A DNA stretch of 64,000 nt, from assembly GCA_002269645.1 (NCBI GenBank), contig NIVC01000698.1:62001-126000 (forward strand), given 5' to 3'. This document shows positions 12,467 to 26,600 of this stretch, one piece after another. The notes under the pieces were generated by a model that was given only the letters and a program-made list of their open reading frames with translations, ran no database searches and was not told where the DNA came from. This DNA comes from Macrostomum lignano (Eukaryota). Numbering within the stretch: the stretch's first letter is position 1; the number at the start of each line of letters is the position of its first letter. The translations under genes were made by a program, and so were the position numbers.

Positions 12467-13129
12467 CCGCAACAAACTCTCAAGCTTCTGTGCCAGTTAG
12501 CGCACAGAGTACAGTTCAGCACAGTGAGCACACACCGAATAGTTAGATCTTGATTGATATCGGGCAGATCTGAAGTCAAGCGAAAGATTCAACAACCCGT
12601 GAGATGGAATTAACCAACCCACCCCCTGGGGGGCACCGGCAAAAACTGATCAATTATTCGCTCGACCGAACGCCGCCAACAAAAGTTGAATTAAATTTGC
12701 CTTTTACTTTCTTCTATAGAATTTGTACGAATAGTTAAACAAAATTAGAGCAACAGTCCTGAAAGAGAAGTCAACAGGGTCAGCCAAGCGAATACCATGG
12801 GCACAGCTGATGGCTGGGTGCACGCACTCAGTCTAGAGAGAGGGCCATTGGGGTGATTATACAGTTCTCAATTTGAACCGAACCGCTGATCCTCAAAAGG
12901 TGTTGGCTGACTTGAGAGCCAAAGATAATCTGGGAAGGGACTTCTACGAGCTATAGTACGAGCGTAGTAGACACTTGGATTCAAAGACCCGCTCGCAGCT
13001 AAAGATAATCAATTATTGATAGTAGATAGGTCAAATTAAAATATTAAGAGATTTGATTTGATATCATATTGTAAAAATAGAATTTAAAGCAATTTTTAAA
13101 ACCATTTTAATCACCTTACTCGTTTTCAC

Positions 13130-14065
13130 CTACAAATAATCTACAAATCATCTACAAATCATCTGAAAATCATCTACAAATCATCTACAAATCATCTACA
13201 AATCATCTACAAATCATCTACAAATCATCTACAAATCATCTGCCAATCATCTACAAATCATCTGAAAATCATCTGCCAATCATCTACAAATCATCTGAAA
13301 ATCATCTGAAAATCATCTACAAATCATCTACAAATCATCTACAAATCATCTACAAATCATCTACAAATCATCTGAAAATCATCTACAAATCATCTACAAA
13401 TCATCTACAAATCATCTACAAATCATCTACAAATCATCTACAAATCATCTACAAATCATCTACAAATCATCTACAAATCATCTACAAATCATCTGCCAAT
13501 CATCTACAAATCATCTGAAAATCATCTGAAAATCATCTACAAATCATCTACAAATCATCTACAAATCATCTACAAATCATCTACAAATCATCTACAAATC
13601 ATCTACAAATCATCTGAAAATCATCTACAAATCATCTGAAAATCATCTGCCAATCATCTACAAATCATCTACAAATCATCTACAAATCATCTACAAATCA
13701 TCTACAAATCATCTACAAATCATCTACAAATCATCTACAAATCATCTACAAATCATCTACAAATCATCTACAAATCATCTACAAATCATCTGCCAATCAT
13801 CTACAAATCATCTGAAAATCATCTGAAAATCATCTACAAATCATCTACAAATCATCTACAAATCATCTACAAATCATCTACAAATCATCTACAAATCATC
13901 TGAAAATCATCTGCCAATCATCTACAAATCATCTACAAATCATCTACAAATCATCTACAAATCATCTACAAATCATCTACAAATCATCTGAAAATCATCT
14001 ACAAATCATCTGAAAATCATCTGCCAATCATCTACAAATCATCTACAAATCATCTACAAATCACT
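13130..14065. repeat. 11-bp satellite (aaatcatctac) with recurring variant cassettes
   Basis: Direct reading of the sequence. Confidence 0.97.
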
Positions 14066-14757
14066 TACAACAAGTCTTGTTTCTGTCTCTGTCAGGTCAG
14101 AATTTCGAGTGGTTTCGTATTCGCGCCCAGTCCAAGTGTTGCCAAAGGCCCCTGAAACACGGAGTCCTCAAGCGGGCTACCGATGATGTCATTGTTTTGC
14201 AATCAACCAGATAAATCCGACACCCTTAGGGCCCTCAGACGGCAGTATTATTAAGTCTAACCAAGCGTTGCCCTGCAGTATCGCGTTACCCACCCGCAGC
14301 CTCATCCAGACCGTAAAACAGTGAAACAGTGGCGGCCCTTTTGGCCAAGCAAAACTCAGCATCCCAACGCCTGACATTGAATGCTCCATCCGTGAAGCGG
14401 CAAATTTTGGTTTCTATGCTATTTTGCATGGCTGGTCTCCTCCCGTGCGTGTAGGGGCTGTGATTTGATATCCTCAACTCTCTCTCATCCCTCGCTTGGC
14501 CATGAGTCTCCGGGTCGCTTGAGACTTTGATTTTAGAGGAGGAAAGATATCCAGGCTTTTCACTTCACACTCCATGCGTGACAGGGCGGTATAAGGGAGG
14601 CAACTCAATCCGTATCTTAGCCTATATATAGTCATATCAGATCAGGAGATAAGAGCCTTCCTAATCTAATTCTGACTGCTCATGCCAGTTTCCAATCATG
14701 ACTTTCTAATCTGACATGCAGGTGAGAATTTTCATTTTTTTGCCTTTTATCAGACTG

Positions 14758-14759
<2 letters not shown>

Positions 14760-14825
<66 letters not shown>

Positions 14826-15300
14826 CTGTAACTAGGGCATATATTGGAAGGGATGGGAAGGGTGAGAGAGGAAGAAAGGAACAAATGAGGGGATAGGAAG
14901 AGAAAAGAAAAGAAGAGAAGAGGAAAGAGATGAGAGGAGGGTAGAGGGTAGAGGAGGCAGATGGGAGAGGGAGACTAGAAAGGAGAGGAAGAGAAGAGGG
15001 GAGAGGGGGGTAGAAGGGAGATGGAGGGTAGAGGGGAGATGGAGGGTAGAGGGGAGATGGAGGGTAGAGGGGAAATGGAGGGTAGAGGGGAGATGGAGGG
15101 TAGAGGGGAGAGGGAAGATAGAAGGGAGATGGAGGGTAAAAGGCAGACGGAGGGTTAGAGGGGGAGAGGGGGGTAGAGAGGGAGAGGGAGGGTAGAGGGC
15201 AGAGGGAGGTTAGTGGAGGAGAGGGAGGGTAGAGGGGAAGAGGGAGGGTAGAGGGCGAGAGGGAGGGTAGAGGGCAGAGGGAGGGTAGAGGGGAGAGGGA
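14760..15300. repeat. (TG)n followed by a purine-rich low-complexity tract
   Basis: Direct reading of the sequence. Confidence 0.9.
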
Positions 15301-16064
15301 GACACAGGGGACACTGTGACAACAGAGATACAAATTGAGTCTCAATCAGAAGCCCTGAAAAGCTCTTCATACAATGTGACGCAATTCAATGAACTACTCG
15401 AACTTGTAAAAAAATTTAATCTCCGAATACTCGTAGAAATTGAAATCTCGGCGCAGAGTGGCGTCCTGCGGCCAACTTCAGACTGAAAATCTCTTTAATT
15501 AAAGCGTCCGTCTCGAGTGATCAGAACTTCTACAAGCGTAGATCTGCATAATATGATAATATTGGAAAGCCAAGGAGTAGGCGGAGCATCCCGGATCCAG
15601 ACACAATTAGAAGGCAAACATATTGGCGAAAACCGCGATAGGGCACGAGTGAAAGCACTTCAGGTGTATGGGGGCGCTTAACCCAGCTGCCGATTGCAAA
15701 AACCAAAACCAAAGCTGGTGTGACGCAACCCTTGGTGAGGATGCGCCCAGGGTGATGCGATGTTGATTCACACCTTCAGTCAGTCTTGCTTATTCCATGC
15801 TGAATGGACCATCGCACATGAAATTGTTTATTTACAAAAAATTAGACTTCTTGTTAACCAACTTTAACAAAACTAATTCGGCCTTTTTTCAATACACACA
15901 GGGCTTGCGAGTTGCTTTTTGCGATTATCTACCTTTATTTATTATGTAGCCAGACTATTTTCCTGCTCGATGCTTGTGTTTAAACATTGTGTTGACATTT
16001 GATATCTGCGATTCGCATTTACACAGCAGCAGTGAATGATGATGACCTGTTAGTGAATGCCCAT

Positions 16065-16292
16065 TGTTCCCTCTCCTTATCTAATTTATTCTCCCTCCCT
16101 CTCCGTCTCCCTATCTCCCTTCTCCCTCTCTCTCTCTCTCTCCCTACCTCCCTTCTGCCTCCCTCTCTCTCCCTACCTCCCTTCTCCCCTCTCTCTCTCT
16201 GTCCCTATCTCCCTTCTCTCTGTCGCTCCCCCTATCCCCCTTTATTCTCCCCTTCTCCCTTTCCCTGTATCGTTCTCGCCGTCTTCCTCACC

Positions 16293-16383
<91 letters not shown>

Positions 16384-16400
16384 ATCCTCTATTCTCCTCC
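16065..16400. repeat. Pyrimidine-rich/(CT)n low-complexity tract
   Basis: Direct reading of the sequence. Confidence 0.9.
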
Positions 16401-17169
16401 ATCAATTCATACCATCTGGACTGGCCCCTCGCTGCAAAGTTCGTCTTGACGCCAACCGCGCTGACGTCAGACAGAACTGCTATCAGCTGTTCCTGCGAAG
16501 CGACTAACAGCAAACTTATTTATAGCTGTCTCTAAATCCTTATCAGTTGGTTGAACGCAGCTTTTCAAACACCTATTATTAAATTGTTCTCGCATTTCTT
16601 TCTGTTGCTTTCGCTAGAGCAGGTGTCAGCAGCTGAGAGCCAGCCAAACGTAGGCACCTGAGGATTTCGAGACAGCTATAAACGTAACAGCGAGGAATAG
16701 CGTTATCCATTTGTATAGAAGCCGATCTCCAACGCCTCAGACCGGCCTGTTGCATCAAGGAGGCAGCTGTGTTGCCCTCACCGAGATCCCAATTTACGGC
16801 AAAGTATTGTCAAAATATTGAGACGAACAGAACGCGGTCCGAGAGACCTGACTGTGACGCAACCCGCGGTTGGGCGAACACATTTTGCGTCATTTTTCCT
16901 ATGGCGCCGCACGTTGCAGAGTCGAAAGAAATGAAAAGAAATCGTTTGAGCAATAATTTTGCAATAATTCCAAGGCTCAAGTGGCCCCTCCCTACTCGGC
17001 GTAAGAAGAAATTTCGGATCTTTAGGAAGGAAAACTGGAGACAAATTTGATCAGATACAGCCAACTATATTTGCCTTTCGTGAGCAGCTGCCTCTGCTTG
17101 GCTTCAAACGGATTTGAATTGCTTCTGACCGAATCCCCATGTAACTTGCGGGATGGCGACTTTTAGAGA

Positions 17170-17880
17170 TGGAAAATGGGATTTTTTAACTACGTTCGTA
17201 TATGATTGGGATTGGGATTTGGGATTTGCATAGTTGAGATGGAAAATGGGATTTGGGATTTGCATATCTGAGATGGGAAATGGGATTTGGGATTTGCATA
17301 GCTGTGAGATGGAAAATGGGGATTTGCATATCTGTGAGATGGGAAATGGGATTTGGGATTTGCATATCTGAGATGGGAAATGGGATTTGGGATTTGCATA
17401 GCTGTGAGATGGAAAATGGGGATTTGCATATCTGTGAGATGGAAATTAGGATTTGCATAGCCGTGAGATAGGAATTGGGATTTGCATAGCTGTGAGATAA
17501 GAAATGGGATTTGCATAGCTGTGAGATGGGAATTGGGATTTGCATAGCTGTGAGATCGGAATTGGGATTTGCATAGCTGTGAGCTGGGAATTGGGATTTG
17601 CATAGCTGTGAGCTGGGAATTGGGATTTGCATAGCTGTGAGATGGGAATTGGGATTTGCATAGCTGTGAGCTGGGAATTGGGATTTGCATAGCTGTGAGA
17701 TGGGAATTGGGATTTGCATAGCTGTGAGATGGGAATTGGGATTTGCATAGCTGTGAGATGGGAAATCGAATTTGCATATCTGAGAGATGGGATTTGGGAT
17801 ATGCATAGCTGTGAGATGGGAATTGGGATATGCATAGCTGTGAGATGGGAATTGGGATTTGCATAGCTGTGAGATGAGAT
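17170..17880. repeat. 29-bp tandem repeat (gggatttgcatagctgtgagatgggaatt)
   Basis: Period 29 between 17651 and 17680. Confidence 0.95.
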
Positions 17881-18539
17881 AAACTTGTTTTACCGAGGTG
17901 ACAGGCAATCTGCAATCACTAAATCCCTGTGTACATTGCCTTATATCTACATGTACTCGTACCCTGTTCACTTCATCAGTTCATGGCCTCAGGGAAAAGT
18001 TATCAAACTCTGATTTGGTTGTCAATTTTATCAAGGACACACAGCACAGTGTAAAGAAACATGAAAACAAATAAGACATGCACAATGGTTGCCATGCGGT
18101 TTAGGTTTGAATTAATTAAGAGAAAAATACAACCTGCTTGAATCAGATAGAAGTCAAACAGGTAGCCTTGGCTGATGGATGTGTACAAACACACAGAGGC
18201 CACTGTTGACATTTTAATCTCATTCTCCTAGAGGCTAAATGAACCTATGATTACTACATGTATGGCTAAATCAGAGGATTAACACCTTGTTTGCGTTGCC
18301 GGCCATTGCAGGTTGCGAGTGACCTGTTGTTAATGTCAAAATCGAAATCACGCTCATAGCAACACAGAATCGGTTTAGAAATTTATGGCTGCCCATATAC
18401 GACGTTTTTTATACATGTAAGCTACATCGTAGTTACTAAGCAAAATGAAAAAACTTTATTGAACTGGTTCAACACGATCGAATTTCAGATAGTCAGGTCC
18501 CCCGACCACCTTGTGACCTACCCGTTATGGATCAGGGCC

Positions 18540-19130
18540 GCAAAATGAGTGCCTGCGGCGCTAAAATGAGTGCCTAGGGCGCCAAAAATGAGTGCCCGCG
18601 GCGCTAAAATGAGCGCTAAAATGAGTAACTGTGGCGCCAAAAAATGAGTGCCTATACGGCGCTAAAAGGAGTGCTTTGGGCGCCAAAATAAGTGCCTGCG
18701 GCGCTAAAATGTGTTTATAGTGCTAAAATGAGTGCCTGCGGCGCTAAAATGAGTGCCTGCAGCGCTAAAATGAGTGCCTACGGCGCTAAAATGAGTGCCT
18801 GCGGCGCTAAAATGAGTGCCTGCGGCGCTAAAATGAGTGCCTGCAGCGCTAAAATGAGTGCCTGCGGCGCTAAAATGAGTGCATGCGGCGCTAAAATGAG
18901 TGCCTGCAGCGCTAAAATGAGTGCCTGCGGCGCTAAAATGAGTGCATGCGGCGCTAAAATGAGTGCCTGCAGCGCTAAAATGAGTGCCTGCAGCGCTAAA
19001 ATGAGTGCATGCGGCGCTAAAATGAGTGCATGCGGCGCTAAAATGAGTGCCTGCGGCGCTAAAATGAGTGCCTGCGGTGCTAAAATGAGTGTTTCTGACG
19101 CTAAAATGAGTGCCTCAGGCGCCAAAAATC
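18540..19130. repeat. 21-bp tandem repeat (ctaaaatgagtgcctgcggcg)
   Basis: Direct reading of the sequence. Confidence 0.96.
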
Positions 19131-19769
19131 AGTTTTAACTTGACGGATTCTCCTAGGATTCTTTGCTTTGTGCCCCCCCCCCTGCCACCATAGAATCCAT
19201 GGCGACACCCCCTGGATACAGTCATTCGGATTTCAATTTCATAAATGTAACGTATTGCAAGCACACTTCTGTACAGAATTGTGAAGTTGGGCCAGTAACA
19301 ATATAAATGTATTCTTTCATTTCATTCAGCAACAGTGGCAGTAATGGTTGAGTGGGCAGGCCATCGCCAATTCAGGTTCCACCAAAGGTATCGAATATCG
19401 ACAAATTCGGGTTGGACAAAAAAATCTGTAAGTAAAAAAGTTGAGAGTCGAATTTGACAGCCTATTTAAACAGCTTAAAGAGTCGCAACTCCAGACTGAA
19501 GACCACATGAGATCATAAAAAATATTGATTCCGAATTATGATCAGATCTAATCAATTTGGATAGGAAAAACTGACAAACCTTGTTGACTTATGGGCCAGA
19601 CCGATTCAGAATACAGCAAGTATTCCCACCCCAGCCCCCAAAACTTTTTTAGCTATCATAAAATATTCAGTAGAAAAAAATCCATATTGAATTGTCTGAG
19701 GGAATTCAGTTAGACTACCGACAAAAATAACTTTGAAGTTCCAGAATTCTTCGGAATAAAGGCGATTCT

Positions 19770-20955
19770 TGAAGGGAATAAAGGCGATTCTTGAAGGGAT
19801 GGAGAGCGATTCTTGAAGGGATTGAGGGCGATTCTTGAAGGGATTGAGGGCGATTCTTGAAGGGATTGGAGAGCGATTCTAGAAGGGATTAAGGGCGATT
19901 CTTGAAGGGATGGAGAGCGATTCTTGAAGGGATTAAGGGCGATTCTTGAAGGGATTGAGGGCGATTCTTGAAGGGATGGAGAGCGATTCTTGAAGGGATT
20001 GAGGGCGATTCTTGAAGGGATGGAGAGCGATTCTTGAAGGGATTAAGGGCGATTCTTGAAGGGATTGAGGGCGATTCTAGAAGGGATTAAGGGCGATTCT
20101 TGAAGGGATGGAGAGCGATTCTTGAAGGGATTAAGGGCGATTCTTGAAGGGATTGAGGGCGATTCTTGAAGGGATGGAGAGCGATTCTTGAAGGGATGGA
20201 GAGCGATTCTTGAAGGGATGGAGAGCGATTCTTGAAGGGTTTGAGGGCGATTCTTGAAGGGATTGAGGGCGATTCTTGAAGGGATTGGAGAGCGATTCTT
20301 GAAGGGATTAAGGGCGATTCTTGAAGGGATTGATGGCGATTCTTGAAGGGATTGATGGCGATTCTTGAAGGGATTGAAGGCGATTATTGAAGGAATTTAG
20401 GGCGATTCTTGAAGGGATTGAGGGCGATTCTGGAAGGGATTGATGGCGATTCTTGAAGGGATTGAGGGCGATTCTTGAAGGGATTGAGGGCGATTCTTGA
20501 AGGGATTGAGGGCGATTCTGGAAGGGATTGATGGCGATTCTTGAAGGGATTGAGGGCGATTCTTGAAGGGATTGATGGCGATTCTTGAAGGGATTGAGGG
20601 CGATTCTTGAAGGGATTGAGGGCGATTCTTGAAGGGATTGAGGGCGATTCTTGAAGGGATTGAGGGCGATTCTTGAAGGGATTGGGGGCGATTCTTGAAG
20701 GGATTGAGGGCGATTCTTGAAGGGATTGAAGGCGATTATTGAAGGAATTTAGGGCGATTCTTGAAGGGATTGAGGGCGATTCTTGAATGGATGGAGGGCG
20801 ATTCTTGAAGGGATTGATGGCGATTCTTGAAGGGATTGAGGGCGATTCTTGAATGGATGGAGGGCGATTCTTGAAGGGATTGAGGGCGATTCTTGAATGG
20901 ATGGAGGGCGATTCTTGAAGGGATTGAGGGCGATTCTTAAAGGGATGGAGGGTGA
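19770..20955. repeat. 22-bp tandem repeat (gattcttgaagggattgagggc)
   Basis: Direct reading of the sequence. Confidence 0.97.
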
Positions 20956-21719
20956 TTGATTCTCTTGAGCATGTAAATGAAAAACAGGAGAAAACACGAT
21001 ATCAGAAATAGTTTTAGTCTTATTTCAGAATGTCAGCGGACTTCCAAGTGCTATTCATATATATTTATAATGTTGCAAAGCATCATATCCAAGCATTGAC
21101 GTTGACAGAGTAAAACACTGCACAGACACCAATAAAAATTACCAGTAGCAAAGCGAAGCAAACAGGGAAAGACATCTTATAGCTAGATTTGGCTAACATG
21201 AAGGACATTTAATGAACCCGAAAGCATAGGGAATGAGGATTTGCTAACGCGCTCGAGCCTCAAGCCAACAGGTCCTGGGTTCGATTCCTCTGGCTTTTTG
21301 GACTTTTTTTGCAATTCAGACAGTGCAATGTGGATTGCAACTTTGGGGTTTTCAGCCCGTGGGTCTGAGACAATGCAACGGGATAAATGGGGATCTGTTT
21401 TGTTGCCAAGGAGAACAAAATAAGAAGCAAAATGTTTGTTTGGAATGTGTTTAGCTGCTGTTCAGTCATATCAGGCAAGAACAGAACCGAGAGGCAAAGA
21501 ACGACACAATTGACATATAAAATTAAAATTTTACAAAGTTATAAAAGTTTGATTCGATCGCGGGCAAATACAAGGCCACCAAGTAGAATATAAGAAGCTA
21601 ACATTTAACTTCAAGAATAGAAAACCATTTATATTACTGTCAAGACAGAATTAGTAGTACAGTAAGAATTTCCACTGACTAGTGGTCCTAATTATCATTA
21701 AATTGATTAATGGATGTTT

Positions 21720-24700
21720 CTAGAGCCTTTGCCACGCGGTCAACGCGGTGAAGGCGGCCGCCAGCAGGACAGCGCCGAGAAAGTCGCCAACGCCGGTCAA
21801 ATAGGGAATGGACGCGCTGTCCGGGTCGTGTCCGAACGACCAGATCCAGTACACCACCCAGTTGGCTAGCCACAACAGGATGGCCACCTGTGAATTGCAT
21901 GAAATTAATTGTATTTATTTCCCAATTCCCAACAATCCTATTAATAAAACTTCTCGAACCAATCTAAATAAGCAGGGCAAATGCCGATGATCAAATAAAT
22001 AATAAGGAAATTTCCATATCCATGTCAATAGAAATGAAAAGGGATAATCCCCTATACTGAAATAGGTACAGGAAACATTCCAGTGACTAAAAAGAGAACA
22101 AGGGAAATCCCATCACTTAAAAGGAACAGAGGAAAGCCATTCACTTAAAAAGGAACAGGGGAAATCCCATTCACTTAAAAGGAACAGGGGAAATCCCATT
22201 CACTTAATAGGAACATGGGAAATCCCATTCACTTAATAGGAACATGGGAAATCCTATTCACTTAATAGGAACATGGGAAATCCCATTCACTTAATAGGAA
22301 CATGGGAAATCCTATTCACTTAATAGGAACATGGGAAATCCCATTCACTTGATAGGAACATGGGAAATCCTATTCACTTAATAGGAACAGGGGAAATCCC
22401 ATTCACTTAATAGGAACATGGGAAATCCCATTCACTTAATAGGAACATGGGAAATCCTATTCACTTAATAGGAACATGGGAAATCCCATTCACTTAATAG
22501 GAACATGGGAAATCCCATTCACTTGATAGGAACATGGGAAATCCTATTCACTTAATAGGAACAGGGGAAATCCCATTCACTTAATAGGAACATGGGAAAT
22601 CCCATTCACTTAATAGGAACATGGGAAATCCTATTCACTTAATAGGAACATGGGAAATCCCATTCACTTGAAAGAAACAGGGGAAATCCCATTCACTTGA
22701 AAGAAACAGGGGAAATCCCATTCACTTAAAATAAACAGGGGAAATCCCATCACTTAAAAGGAACAGGGGAAATCCCATTCACTTAATAGGAACAGGGGAA
22801 ATCCCATTTACTTAGAAGGAGCAGGGGAATTTCAGAAACTCCCATTGACCAAAAACGGAAATAGGCAGAATACCAGTACAATGCCCTCAAGGACCAACAC
22901 ACAATCAACGAGATGAAAGCGTACCTGCAGCAGGCAGGCGGCCAGGTAGCACGCTAGAAATGCTGCTGAAATTGAGAAAGCCCCGTCGGGCGCCAGTGCC
23001 AGCACGCAGCAGATGGCCAGCAGGTGGCAGGGCACCACCAGGCCCAGCAACAGTCGGGTGGCGCGGCTGCCACCGGCTGCGCCGCAGAACAGCTGCTGAC
23101 AGGCTGGCGGCAGGTCGGCCGTGGACTCGTCGGGCAGTCGGTGAGCGCAGGTGGACAACCGGCTAGCCTGTGAGCGCGAGGGTCAGTAGGAGTGACAGCC
23201 AAGATGACAGGCTGAGTGACAGCCGGGATGACAGGCTGAGTGACAGTAGGAGTGACAACCAGGATGACAGGCTGAGTGACAGCCAGGATGACAGGCTGAG
23301 TGACAGCAGGAGTGACAGCCAGGATGACAGGCTGAGTGACTGACAGAGTGACAGGCTGAGTGACAGCCAGGATGACAGGCTGAGTGACAGCCAGGATGAC
23401 AGGCTGAGTGACAGCCAGGATGAAAGGCTGAGTGACAGCCAGGATGACAGGCTGAGTGACAGTAGGAGTGACAACCAGGATGACAGGCTGAGTGACAGTA
23501 GGAGTGACAACCAGGATGACAGGCTGAGTGACAACCAGCATGACAGGCTGAGTGACAGTAGGAGTGACAGCCAGGATGACAGGCTGAGTGATTGACAGAG
23601 TGACAGTGAGTGTGACAGTCAGGATGACAGACTAACAGTAAGTGTGTAAGGGTGACAGACAGAGTGACAGAAGTGAGACAGTAAATGTGACAGCAGCGGA
23701 GAAGCTCACACCTGTATAGCGGCAATATTGCCGCCGATGCCGTTAATGACGGGCTGGAACAGGGCCAGCAGAGGCAGCCGACTGGCGCACCGGCGGAACA
23801 CGAGGCCGCCCAGACTGCTGGCCAGCATGGCGGCCAGCACGGGCAGCCAGCTCTGACGGAGAGCCGCCTGGGCGAACGGATTGCGCGCGGCCGCGGCGGC
23901 CAGAACGGGCAGCAGACAGGCGTAGCCGGCCAGCAGGCAGGACATCGGCCACATCCCGGAGCCGTCCAGCTGCCTGGCCAGCCAAGCCAGGGCCAAGAGG
24001 CTGGCGAAGTCGCCAAGGCTGGCCGCGATCGGAGTGGCCAGGTTGTCCGGGTTCAGACGGCAGCGTTCGGAGGCGACGATTACTGCGCTCACCTGTGAGT
24101 TTTGGGGAGGCGTTGCAGTGTGCTGAGACGGCGGGTGGGTCACGGTGCCAGGAGATGCGGGTCATGGACTCATAGAAGCTAGTCAAGCTGTGATAAGTAG
24201 GTCCTTGAAGTGGATCAAGCTTGGATCAGTAGGTCACTGAAGTGGGTCAAGCTGTGATAAGTAGGTCACTGAAGTGGGTCAAGCTGTGATAAGTAGGTCA
24301 CTGAAGTGGGTCAAGCTGTGATAAGTAGGTCACTGAAGTGGGTCAAGCTGTGATAAGTAGGTCACTGAAGTGGGTCAAGCTCGGATACGTAGGTCATTGA
24401 AGTGGGTCAAGCTCGGATAAGTAGATCATGGAAGTAGGTCAAGCTCGGATAAGTAGGCCATTGAAGTGGGTCAAGCTCGGATGCGTAGGTCATTGAAGTG
24501 GGTCAAGCTCGGATAAGTAGATCATGGAAGTAGGTCAAGCTCGGATAAGTAGGTCATTGAAGTGGGTCAAGCTCGAAGAAGCAAGTCATGGAAATCGGTC
24601 AAGCTCGGATAAGTAGGTCATTGAAGTGGGTCAAGCTCGGATAAGTAGGACGCCACTGTATTTCAAGTTTATATTGCTAGGATGAAGTGAGAAATAAAGC

Positions 24701-26136
24701 TACCTAAGATCCAATGTAATTAGTCACACCAAGGCGCGAAGCTCACACTCACCACCAACCCCAGGAGCAGAGAAGCCAAGGAAGCGGTCGCGGTGCTGGT
24801 GGCCAGCAGGAACAGGCCTCGCTCTAGCGCGCTGGACGAGCCATGAGGCGCGCCACCTCCTCCGCCAGTAGAGTTCAACAGGATGGCCACCAGAGCCGCT
24901 AAGAAGCCAACAAGAACCGCTTGCAGCTGGGTGAGCACCAGGTTGCCCCAGACTAGAGATCGGAGACGAGAAGTCTCGTTGAATGTGCCCAGATGAGCCT
25001 GGTTGATCAGATTGGCAGATAGATTTTTTATTGTTCAGTTTTTGTTAAATAGCTGTGCCACAAATTGAGAGATTTTTTAACTTTAAATTTAATTGGAGAA
25101 TAAATTTGAATTCGATGGCAATTTCACCAATATATCCATCAAGATTCTTTCATAATGTCTCAAAAAATCTTACCAAATATACCAAAATCTCAGTAAAGAA
25201 TTTTACCTAATTTTATCAGCACAAGAATCTTCGTAAAAATACCCTTAGCCCGTTCAGAACCTTCCTAACTCTGTCATAAGAATCTTCTAATTCCCCCTAA
25301 AAGAACTTCCCTTATTCCCCTAAAAGAACTTCCCTTATTCCCCCTAAAAGAACTTCCCTTATTCCCCTAAAAGAACTTCCCCTATTCCCTCAGAACTTCC
25401 CTTATTCCCCTAAAAGAACTTCCCCTATTCCCTCAGAACTTCCCTTATTCCCCCTAAAAGAACTTCCCCTATTCCCTCAGAACTTCTCTTATTCCCCCTA
25501 AAAGAACTTCCCTAATTCTCTCAAAAGAATTTCCCTAATTTCCCGAAAAGAATTTCACTAATTCTCCCAAAGGAATTGCTTTAATTTTTCCAAAATAATT
25601 TCTCTAATTCCCTAAAAGAACTTTTCTAATTCCCTCAAAAGAACTTTCCTAATTCCTCCCAAAGAATTTCCCTCAATTTATTTCCCAAAAGAACTTCCCT
25701 AATTCCACCAAGAGAATTTCCCGAAATTCCCCAAAAGAAGTCCCCTAATCCCCCCCCCAAAGATAGTGAGCAGTCCAACCTGAGTAGACAGCCTGGAAGC
25801 CAGGGTCATCTCCAGGTTGCCCTTCAATCCGATGATAGCCGGCACCATGACCAGCAGCTCCGGGTGGCGGACAAACTCCGGCCAGCGCTGCAGCTCGTCA
25901 AGCACCAGGCCGGCCAGAGACATACCCAGGCCCGCCACGGCCAGCGGCGGAGCCATCTGCAGCGCCATGGAAACGGTTGACTCCGACAAAGCATGATGCT
26001 GCTGTAGATGAAGCTGCTGATGCAGCTGCTTAGAAGGCTGCTGCTGCTGCTGATGCATCTCCGAGTCTTGCTGACTCGAGCCGCGCTGCCTCAACGCACC
26101 GCCGCTTAAAGCACTACCGGCTTCTCCATCTAGCAT
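21720..26136 (-). CDS. SLC41A: SLC41-family Mg2+ transporter with two MgtE-like domains, 464 aa. Exons 26136-25780, 24998-24753, 24092-23712, 23167-22925, 21887-21720
   Basis: Signature motifs [61 protein letters not shown]. Four phase-0 GT-AG introns give an open reading frame ending in TAG at 21722-21720. Confidence 0.93.
22100..22830. repeat. Intronic 29-bp repeat (cacttaataggaacatgggaaatcccatt) with a 174-bp higher-order period
   Basis: The variant cacttgatagg recurs at 22351 and 22525. Confidence 0.94.
23190..23700. repeat. Intronic 12/24/36-bp repeat (gagtgacagccaggatgacaggct)
   Basis: Fills almost all of intron 23711-23168. Confidence 0.94.
24180..24650. repeat. Intronic 32-bp tandem repeat (aagtaggtcattgaagtgggtcaagctcggat)
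   Basis: Period 32 between 24241 and 24273. Confidence 0.93.
25290..25750. repeat. Intronic ~24-bp repeat (aaaagaacttcccttattccccta)
   Basis: Direct reading; adjoins the donor at 25779. Confidence 0.88.
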
Positions 26137-26251
26137 AACACCGGCTTACGAAGCTGGGCAGGAATGTTTTAATTAAACCGGCTTTGCTACATCAATCAGC
26201 ACTGTGTGGCGGCCTTATGTCCGTATCGACTGTACCACTAGGAAGTTATAA

Positions 26252-26600
26252 AGAATTCGGTCATTTGGAGCTGTAAACTGTAGGACTTCCGGTTCGGGAT
26301 TCGGTCATTTGGATCTGTAAACTGTAGGACTTCCGGTTCGGGATTCGGTCATTTGGATCTGTAAACTGTAGGACTTCCGGTTCGGGATTCGGTCATTTTC
26401 ATTGGTAAACTGTAGGACTTCCGGTTCGGGATTCGGTCATTTTCATTGGTAAACTGTAGGACTTCCGGTTCGGGATTCGGTCATTTTCATTGGTAAACTG
26501 CAGGACTTCCGGTTCGGGATTCGGTCATTTTCATTGGTAAACTGTAGGACTTCCGGTTCGGGATTTGGTCATTTTCATTGGTAAACTGCAGGACTTCCGG
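26252..26600. repeat. 44-bp tandem repeat just upstream of the SLC41 ATG
   Basis: Period 44 between 26281 and 26325. Confidence 0.93.

Noticed and set aside
13130-14065. Telomere-like satellite
   Set aside because: The 11-bp unit does not match TTAGGG-type repeats and is flanked by ordinary sequence on both sides.
14189-14477. Possible RNase H relic (ICRFTDGAF... CRIYLVDC) on the minus strand
   Set aside because: Only a short FTDG resemblance with stops nearby; too weak without a profile search.
21230-21296. tRNA-like segment with gggttcgattcc
   Set aside because: A B-box is present but there is no convincing A-box or cloverleaf; at most a degenerate SINE head.
21720-26136. Horizontal transfer of bacterial mgtE
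   Set aside because: Four spliceosomal introns, duplicated MgtE domains and a polyQ leader match ordinary animal SLC41.
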